IMG/VR virus record: IMGVR_UViG_3300050343_000213
Coordinates: 1 to 63,948 of that record
Direction: 5' to 3' (one strand)
Length of the DNA stretch: 63,948 nucleotides
Source: a virus
Lineage: Duplodnaviria > Caudoviricetes
The notes beneath the pieces are model-generated. The model was not told where the DNA came from. It did no database searches and saw only the letters and a program-made list of their open reading frames with translations. Positions within the stretch are counted from its first letter, which is position 1. Every line of letters starts with the position of its first letter. Position numbers and translations under genes: made by a program. Below are positions 57,791-63,948 of the stretch, piece by piece.

Positions 57791-59512
57791 TTATCCATCA
57801 CACGCTAAGCAATTTTCATCCATTGCATTCTGTGCAATATCACCTCTAAGAACTGATTCAGTTCGCATATAATATAAGGTTTTAATACCTTTCTTCCACG
57901 CTTCATAATGAACCTTATTAATCCACTTAGGTTCTGCAACACTCGGGAATGCTAAATTTAAACTAACAGATTGATCTATATACTGTTGTCTTATTCCCGC
58001 TTGATTAACTAATTCTAGTTGATTAATTTCCTTAAACGTTTTAAATACTTCTTTCGCTGGTGTCTCCCACTTACCAAGCTTAATATCATCAAGCTCTTTA
58101 ACACCTTGTACGGAACCAGCATCTTTCATTATTTTGTTCCATACTTTATCAATATTAATTTTATATTTTTTTAATACTTTTAATAACGCAGGGTTCTTGC
58201 GAATGAAAGTACCCTTTGCACTTTGTTCCGTAAATACGTTTGCAGCCCAAGGTTCGATTCCAGGACTAACGTTGCCACTAAGCTTGCTGTTAGATACAGT
58301 AGGAGCAATAGCCCGCAAATGAGTATTCCTAAAACCTGAACCACGGCACCAAAGAGGCTCGCCAAATTCTTCCGCAAGAGCCATTGAAGCTCTCTCACTT
58401 TCAATTTTAATTTGTGAAAATATTTTTCTTGTTTCATATTGTGATAGTAATCCTTCAAACGGTAAACCTTGATCTTGCAAATAAGTATGCCAACCAAGTA
58501 CGCCTAATCCTAATGCTCTACCTTTTTCAGCAGATCTAACAGAATTATGAAAGCCAACTTTACCTTTGGATTTTTGTATAAATTCTTCTAATACACCATC
58601 TAAAAACCAGATGCTGTCATAAATAAGATTAGTGTTTTTCCACTCCTCATATTTAGCTAAATTCAAACTAGACAAGCAACAAACAAATGAATGTGATTCA
58701 TCTGTATGTAATGTAATTTCACTACATATATTTGTCATGTGAACTTTTAAACCATGCTTTCTGTATTGCTCTGGATTATTTTTGTTTGTATTTCCCTTAA
58801 ATAATATATAAGGTTCTCCAGTTGCTTTACGCTTTTGTAAAAGCTTTCCCCATTTTTTTCTTGCTTCAACATCTCCGCTTTCAACTCTTCGCATGAACTT
58901 GTCGCCGACCACAGCGCACTGGTGGAGGTTGAGCGACTGACGATTAACGTCTCCTTTAGGTTCTCTAATTTCAAGCCATTCTTCAAAGTCGGGATGCTCA
59001 ATATTGATATTAACTGATGCTGCTCCTCTTCGGACAGATCCTTGATTAGTGGCAAGTATTGTTGAATCGTATATCTTGCAAAAAGGCACCACGCCGTCAC
59101 TTGTTCCATTTCCATTAATTGTATCGCCAGCGGGTCTGATTTGATTTATACCAATGCCAACTCCACCGCCGTGCTTAGCGAGTAACATCATCTCTAAATT
59201 CTTGCTTCCAATATCATATATTGAATCAGCAACATCTATACCAAAGCATGATATAGGCAACCCTCGATCTGAACCAGTGTTTGATAACACAGGAGAGGCT
59301 AAACACAGCCAACCATTCCATATGTATTCAAAAAATGTTGGGGCAAGTTCTGGGCGTCCTAAACGCTTCGCTACAGTTTCGCATACACGATTATATGCGT
59401 CTCGTGGGGTTTCTTCTTTAATCAAATATCCTCCACCAATTGTTTTCTTATAAACATCGGTTTCACCCCAAGCAGGATAATCAATTCCTTTTTTCCAATT
59501 ATTGTTCCACAT
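57791..59512 (-). CDS. nrdA: Ribonucleotide reductase class I alpha subunit (no ATP cone)
   Basis: SPVLSN, PISCF, QGSVRRGA, TNICSEI, CCLSSLNL, AIAPTVSNS, KTLYY, terminal CLACDG. Confidence 0.95.
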   Translation of the reverse strand: MWNNNWKKGIDYPAWGETDVYKKTIGGGYLIKEETPRDAYNRVCETVAKRLGRPELAPTFFEYIWNGWLCLASPVLSNTGSDRGLPISCFGIDVADSIYDIGSKNLEMMLLAKHGGGVGIGINQIRPAGDTINGNGTSDGVVPFCKIYDSTILATNQGSVRRGAASVNINIEHPDFEEWLEIREPKGDVNRQSLNLHQCAVVGDKFMRRVESGDVEARKKWGKLLQKRKATGEPYILFKGNTNKNNPEQYRKHGLKVHMTNICSEITLHTDESHSFVCCLSSLNLAKYEEWKNTNLIYDSIWFLDGVLEEFIQKSKGKVGFHNSVRSAEKGRALGLGVLGWHTYLQDQGLPFEGLLSQYETRKIFSQIKIESERASMALAEEFGEPLWCRGSGFRNTHLRAIAPTVSNSKLSGNVSPGIEPWAANVFTEQSAKGTFIRKNPALLKVLKKYKINIDKVWNKIMKDAGSVQGVKELDDIKLGKWETPAKEVFKTFKEINQLELVNQAGIRQQYIDQSVSLNLAFPSVAEPKWINKVHYEAWKKGIKTLYYMRTESVLRGDIAQNAMDENCLACDG

Positions 59513-59705
59513 CTCTTTTTTCTAAATCTTTAAGTTCTTCAACAAGCCTATCCCACTCTTCTTGTCCAATATGTAATTGAAAAGAAGTAAGTGTACCTTG
59601 AGCTAACATTTTAATAGCATCTAAATCTTTTAATGCCCTTGTTAAAGCACCACCCAAGACTTCTACTTGTTCTTGTAATTGTTTAATATTCTTTTGTACT
59701 CCCAT
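59499..59705 (-). CDS. Hypothetical coiled-coil protein
   Basis: 68-aa ORF in operon. Confidence 0.55.
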   Translation of the reverse strand: MGVQKNIKQLQEQVEVLGGALTRALKDLDAIKMLAQGTLTSFQLHIGQEEWDRLVEELKDLEKRDVEQ

Positions 59706-59706
59706 A

Positions 59707-59958
59707 TTATATAATTAAATGTTTAATCCAGGCTATAAGCCCATTAATATTTAAAGCAACTAAATTCCATTGCTTACGAGATGCAGTCTGTACACCAACG
59801 CAAATAAAACCAACTATGTATAAAGTTGGCTCTATTGTCCATTGTGCTGCCACTAGAAAACCAGCTCCCATATAACCTATACGGGTAGCTAATCTTTCAC
59901 TAGGTTTTAGTTTTCTTTTTCTTTCTATTAAAAACCTTAGCAGTCTGTACTTTACCAT
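59707..59958 (-). CDS. Small multi-TM membrane protein
   Basis: Hydrophobic helices; KQWNLVALN. Confidence 0.6.
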   Translation of the reverse strand: MVKYRLLRFLIERKRKLKPSERLATRIGYMGAGFLVAAQWTIEPTLYIVGFICVGVQTASRKQWNLVALNINGLIAWIKHLII

Positions 59959-60929
59959 ACGTCTTCAAAATCTTCGCCTTCATTTGCTTTACTATAGTCA
60001 GTCGGCCTAATAGCGAAAAAATCAGTGTGAGTGTGACCCCCAGTAAGATGGTCGAACCAAGCCATTTTATCAATTGACTTTTGGTCATATTCGAATTTAA
60101 ACTTTCCTTCTTGTTTATAACCCAATTCTTGAAGTTTATCACCTGTTCGTTTTTTAATAAAGTGTTTAAGATCATATTCTGTTATTCCTTCAATATCACC
60201 CATTTCAAATAACTTACTTATGTAAGTCATTTCAGCATTATGCATTGTTAAAGCTGCATCGTATATATGCTCCTTGCATTCTTCTTTTAATCCTGGTATT
60301 TGAGAACACATGTGTCTAAATAATTGACAACCCATTTTAGAATGTAATGACTCATCTCTTACAGACCATTTCATTTGTTGTCCAATACCTTTAAGTAAGT
60401 TACGCATTTGAAAACTGTATAGCACAGCAAACGCAGAATACAAACTAACGCCTTCTGCAAAGGCTGAGAACGTGGCTAACGATTTACCTATACCCACAGG
60501 ATCATTACCTTCGTAAGCAACTAAGTTATCGAACCTAGCGGCTGTTGCGGGCTCATGTAAGAACGCTTCATAATCTTCTAAGCCTAATGTTTCATTCAAG
60601 TAACTATAAGCTACTGCGTGAATTGTTTCTTGGCTTCCGAACATCATAGACATTTGTTGTATTTCGTGTTTAGGAAACCAACCAACAACTTTTTGTGTCC
60701 AGTAATCTGACACAGCGCATTCAGTTTGAGCAAAGCCTAGCAAGATATTTCCTACTAGGTTTTTCTCTTTATCATTTAACTTTTCGTTCCAGTCTTTTAA
60801 ATCACCCGACATAGGAATTTCCGTATGCAACCAAAACGCTTGAGCCTGTTTAAGCCAGCCTTCTGTATAATATTCCGGGTATTCAAATGGTTTGTACGGG
60901 ATTCTTTCTGTAAATAAAGGTGCTTTCAT
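59952..60929 (-). CDS. nrdB: Ribonucleotide reductase class I beta subunit
   Basis: FWLHTEI, ETIHAVAYS, EGVSLYSAF, RDESLH, HTDFFA. Confidence 0.95.
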   Translation of the reverse strand: MKAPLFTERIPYKPFEYPEYYTEGWLKQAQAFWLHTEIPMSGDLKDWNEKLNDKEKNLVGNILLGFAQTECAVSDYWTQKVVGWFPKHEIQQMSMMFGSQETIHAVAYSYLNETLGLEDYEAFLHEPATAARFDNLVAYEGNDPVGIGKSLATFSAFAEGVSLYSAFAVLYSFQMRNLLKGIGQQMKWSVRDESLHSKMGCQLFRHMCSQIPGLKEECKEHIYDAALTMHNAEMTYISKLFEMGDIEGITEYDLKHFIKKRTGDKLQELGYKQEGKFKFEYDQKSIDKMAWFDHLTGGHTHTDFFAIRPTDYSKANEGEDFEDVW

Positions 60930-60930
60930 A

Positions 60931-61086
60931 TTAATTTTTTATTTCTATTGCTATATCTACAAACGGCAGATAAAATACGTGTTGTGTGTGTGTTGGGCCT
61001 TCATAAGTTCTAGCTCCAAATAATACTCCTGGATACGTGCCTAAGGCCATGCTCCAAGTTCCAGATGGTTCTTCATTTTCATCCAT
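60931..61086 (-). CDS. Small hypothetical protein (51 aa)
   Basis: MDENEEPSGTWSMALGTYPGVLFGARTY...VFYLPFVDIAIEIKN. Confidence 0.55.
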   Translation of the reverse strand: MDENEEPSGTWSMALGTYPGVLFGARTYEGPTHTQHVFYLPFVDIAIEIKN

Positions 61087-61252
61087 AACATTTTATATTA
61101 TATTGTTCATGTATCATTATAAGATCTTTCCATTTTAAATAGCCTCTCTTGTTTACAGACCATTTAATATACGTGTCTATTTTACGTTCTTTATATTTCG
61201 TTCGAGCTAAATGCTTTCCGGAAATTTTATTAGTTCTATTACCTGATCGCAT
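61079..61252 (-). CDS. Small basic hypothetical protein (57 aa)
   Basis: ...HLARTKYKERKIDTYIKWSVNKRGYLKWKDLIMIHEQY; start uncertain. Confidence 0.45.
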   Translation of the reverse strand: MRSGNRTNKISGKHLARTKYKERKIDTYIKWSVNKRGYLKWKDLIMIHEQYNIKCYG

Positions 61253-61734
61253 TCTTTTTGATTTTGTGGTTTATATAAAGTATAGCCTGGGAATTGTTTA
61301 GTCATTAAGTGTTTAAACAACTTCCATCGTATCGGAAAAGACTCATTTGGTCTACCTTTTGTTTCTATTATAAAGTTATCGCCAATAAAGTCTGGTGTAT
61401 ATTTAATCGGTAGTATTCTTTTACAACCTCTATTCTTAAATATTCCTTTGCTATTAGCTTGCCTTTCGTATACTTTGTTTTCAAAATGAAAACCATTAAT
61501 TAAAACAAAAGTTTCGCCTTCGTATTTAGTTCTTATATTAGCCACTTTAAGAGCTTTGTACATATATTTTTCTAAACCAGAAGCGAATTGGATCCCGTCA
61601 TAAATAACTTTCTTAGCTACAACGGGACCTCTTTTTCTTTTATATACTCTTTTCTTTCTCATATGTTTCTTTAGCTTTTTGTAAATACAAAACAGCATCC
61701 ATAAGTTCTTCTTGTAAATGATTAAGCCAATCAA
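61207..61734 (-). CDS. Endonuclease, T7 endonuclease I-like (Holliday junction resolvase)
   Basis: FASGLE...YTPDF...IIETKG PD-(D/E)xK motif; true start probably MRKKR near 61662. Confidence 0.8.
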   Translation of the reverse strand: MIGLIIYKKNLWMLFCIYKKLKKHMRKKRVYKRKRGPVVAKKVIYDGIQFASGLEKYMYKALKVANIRTKYEGETFVLINGFHFENKVYERQANSKGIFKNRGCKRILPIKYTPDFIGDNFIIETKGRPNESFPIRWKLFKHLMTKQFPGYTLYKPQNQKECDQVIELIKFPESI

Positions 61735-61867
61735 CTACTTTAGAAGGATCATCGTCAAGTGTAATGCCATATTTTTTATAGCCTACATCTGATCGTTGTT
61801 TGAATTTGTCTACGACTCTTTCAACAACAGGATCTCTGAATTTACACTTACAGCTCATCTTTGACAA
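61640..61867 (-). CDS. Small dNTP-pyrophosphatase-like helical protein
   Basis: RSDVGYKKYG...WLNHLQEELMDAVLY. Confidence 0.55.
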   Translation of the reverse strand: MSKMSCKCKFRDPVVERVVDKFKQRSDVGYKKYGITLDDDPSKVVDWLNHLQEELMDAVLYLQKAKETYEKEKSI

Positions 61868-62642
61868 ATGTTCCGTTAATCATTTTACCAGTTCTAGCAT
61901 TGATAACTTTGTAAGCGTCAGCAATACATTCTTCAATGGTAACACCTTTTAAATGTGCCAGGTTAGTTAACACTACAACTATATCGCCAATAGCATCAAT
62001 AACTTCTGGTTGATCTTCTTTAAGCAATGCTTTAGCTAACTCACCAGCTTCTTCTTGAAGCTTAACATATTGAGTCATAGGATCACCCTTTTCATATAAG
62101 CCTCTGTCTTCAGCCCACTTTCTAATTTTCTTAAACATCATTAATTCTTTCTTTGGCATTGTTAAACCGCCAATTGTATTTAATGGTGCGAAGTGTTTTT
62201 TAACTGCTTCAAAATAGTTTGATAAGGATTTGTTGTACACATAGCTTCTTTCGCTATTAAACATAGATGTTTGTACATTTTTCATGATCCATGTAATAGA
62301 GTCTGCGTTTATATTAAACTCACCATGATCTGTTTTCCAGCGCATTCCTAAACTATCGTTTAGTCTTCCCTTAAGTTTATTCACTGGACAAGGGAATGTT
62401 GTTGTTTGTTCGGTTACGTTTACTTTCATTTTAAATAAATTTTTATAAGGTTTAATATCTACTTTATAGCCATAAGACGTTTGAAGTTCTAGTTCTTTCT
62501 TTGATATATAATCTATATCGTCAGACTGATCTAAAACTTCGTATTCAGTAGGCTTATAACCCTGCGTTAGCGTAACTCTTTTATTAAGATCACGTGTAAC
62601 GCCGATTTTTTTACCCGGAATATGATATAAATAATACATCAT
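61848..62642 (-). CDS. mazG: MazG-like pyrophosphohydrolase with a long N-terminal extension
   Basis: C-terminal KLQEEAGELAKA...DAIGDIVVVL; N-terminal YYLYHIPGKKIGVT. Confidence 0.75.
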   Translation of the reverse strand: MMYYLYHIPGKKIGVTRDLNKRVTLTQGYKPTEYEVLDQSDDIDYISKKELELQTSYGYKVDIKPYKNLFKMKVNVTEQTTTFPCPVNKLKGRLNDSLGMRWKTDHGEFNINADSITWIMKNVQTSMFNSERSYVYNKSLSNYFEAVKKHFAPLNTIGGLTMPKKELMMFKKIRKWAEDRGLYEKGDPMTQYVKLQEEAGELAKALLKEDQPEVIDAIGDIVVVLTNLAHLKGVTIEECIADAYKVINARTGKMINGTFVKDEL

Positions 62643-63487
62643 TTGCCAACATTTAATTTTGCTGGTATTGCAGGCAGCGGGTTATAATTAGATATTGTTA
62701 TTAATTCTTTACTCGGTATATACAATTCGCCATCAACAATATCAATACCCTTTTGTAAATTCAATTCAGGTAAATCATTTGTTTCTCTTCTGTATGCATA
62801 ACAATTTGCTGCATCAATATGGTTTTTATATATATGACAATCACCCAACTGAGCTATTAATTTACCAGGAGTATATTCTGTTTCTTTACATAACAACTCT
62901 AATAATAAACCGTACATAGCTATATCGTAAGGTAAGCCTAAGAATACATCAGCAGATCTTTGTATCCACATTAAATCCATTTTACCATTGTTGATATAAA
63001 CTTGAAAAGCGTAATGACAAGGAGGCAAGGCCATATGTTTTAATTGGCCAACATTCCAAGCATTAACCATTAATCTTCTCGAGCTAGGATTCTCTTTTAT
63101 ATTCTTAACTAAATTCAATAACTGATCTTCATACCTTGTGTAGTAGCCATCAGTTATTTTCCAGTTACGCCATTGTGCGCCATAAACAGGGCCTAATGTT
63201 CCGTCTGTTCTGCCTGATCTTTTATAATCAGCATCCCAATAAGTTACATTATTATCCTGTAAGTATTTCATATCTGTTTTGCCATGTAATATCCACAGTA
63301 ATTCTGTTCTTGCAGAATTGAAATACATCTTCTTGTTTGTTAATAGAGGAAAGCCTAAGGCCATATCGTGAGTAAGTTGTCTACCAAATACAGATTTAGT
63401 TCCTACTCCTGTTCTATCATCTTTATCAACACCTGATCCTAATATGCCAGACACTAATCCCCTATATTCATTTTCTATATTTATCAT
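62639..63487 (-). CDS. thyA: Thymidylate synthase
   Basis: DRTGVGT, LGPVYGAQWR, MALPPCH, QRSADVFLGLPYDI, GDCHIYKNH. Confidence 0.93.
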   Translation of the reverse strand: MINIENEYRGLVSGILGSGVDKDDRTGVGTKSVFGRQLTHDMALGFPLLTNKKMYFNSARTELLWILHGKTDMKYLQDNNVTYWDADYKRSGRTDGTLGPVYGAQWRNWKITDGYYTRYEDQLLNLVKNIKENPSSRRLMVNAWNVGQLKHMALPPCHYAFQVYINNGKMDLMWIQRSADVFLGLPYDIAMYGLLLELLCKETEYTPGKLIAQLGDCHIYKNHIDAANCYAYRRETNDLPELNLQKGIDIVDGELYIPSKELITISNYNPLPAIPAKLNVGK

Positions 63488-63743
63488 AATAATATTTACA
63501 CATTTTATAGTATTCTACCCAAAGGGTTTCTTTATCATATACATAGGGAGCAAAGTTACATTTCTCTCCTTTAACATATGAGCCTAAGTTTATACATATC
63601 TTCCATTGACCATCTTGCGGTGTAGCCCAAGGTGATATTCTTATGTTGTTTCGTGTACAATATAATTTCCACTCTTGTTCTTCCGGGCTTGGTAAGTATG
63701 GCGGAAGGTTATTTGGTTTTCTTCTTTTGTATAAGCTTTTCAT
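63468..63743 (-). CDS. Hypothetical protein
   Basis: 91-aa ORF coupled to neighbours. Confidence 0.6.
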   Translation of the reverse strand: MKSLYKRRKPNNLPPYLPSPEEQEWKLYCTRNNIRISPWATPQDGQWKICINLGSYVKGEKCNFAPYVYDKETLWVEYYKMCKYYYDKYRK

Positions 63744-63948
63744 AAATCCCAGGGCATAGGTTCATTTTCGTGTATAGCAAGTTGATGTGGTATAAAACAA
63801 CCAGATCTAGGCTCCCAAGTAAAATGTGCTTCAGCACCATTCTCTCCAAGGTTTTGGAATTTTACTTTAAGAACTTTTGCTTTAACAGTTTTATTTTCAT
63901 AATCCCTGTGAACTAATATACCGTGATAAGATGCATCATACCATTCGC
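63740..63948 (-). CDS. C-terminus of a DnaB/T7 gp4-like replicative helicase (partial)
   Basis: EWYDASYHGILVHRDYENKTVKAKVLKVKFQNLGENGAEAHFTW. Confidence 0.7.
   Translation of the reverse strand, partial: EWYDASYHGILVHRDYENKTVKAKVLKVKFQNLGENGAEAHFTWEPRSGCFIPHQLAIHENEPMPWDL

Overview
This window is most of an AT-rich, lytic-type tailed dsDNA phage genome, cut at both edges: a sigma factor gene runs off the left end and a helicase gene off the right. Genes start after A/T-rich leaders with no Shine-Dalgarno motif, and the head-tail gene order resembles podovirus-like Flavobacteriia phages, so a Bacteroidota host is inferred. (1) 1-8370, minus strand: early arm with a sigma70-like factor, an HTH protein, DNA ligase, a DenV-like glycosylase and many small ORFs. 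It is punctuated by 7 copies of a strict ACGAA-N7-GTATAATA motif and carries an RNA cassette: tRNA-fMet, an 82-nt tmRNA-like Ala acceptor domain with no mRNA part, and a candidate 187-nt structured RNA. A separate 41-nt tRNA minihelix lies upstream. (2) 8586-57759, plus strand: five fibre genes, GroEL/GroES, holin, terminase, portal, scaffold, major capsid, tail, injection and lysis genes. (3) 57791-63948, minus strand: nucleotide metabolism (nrdA, nrdB, thyA, MazG, endonuclease). The best novelty candidates are the tRNA-mimic RNA cassette, fibre genes built from modules joined at DNA-conserved junction motifs, and three long palindromes, one of which overlaps the HTH gene start. Several local frameshift patches look like sequencing indels. 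All calls come from reading motifs by eye; no searches were run.
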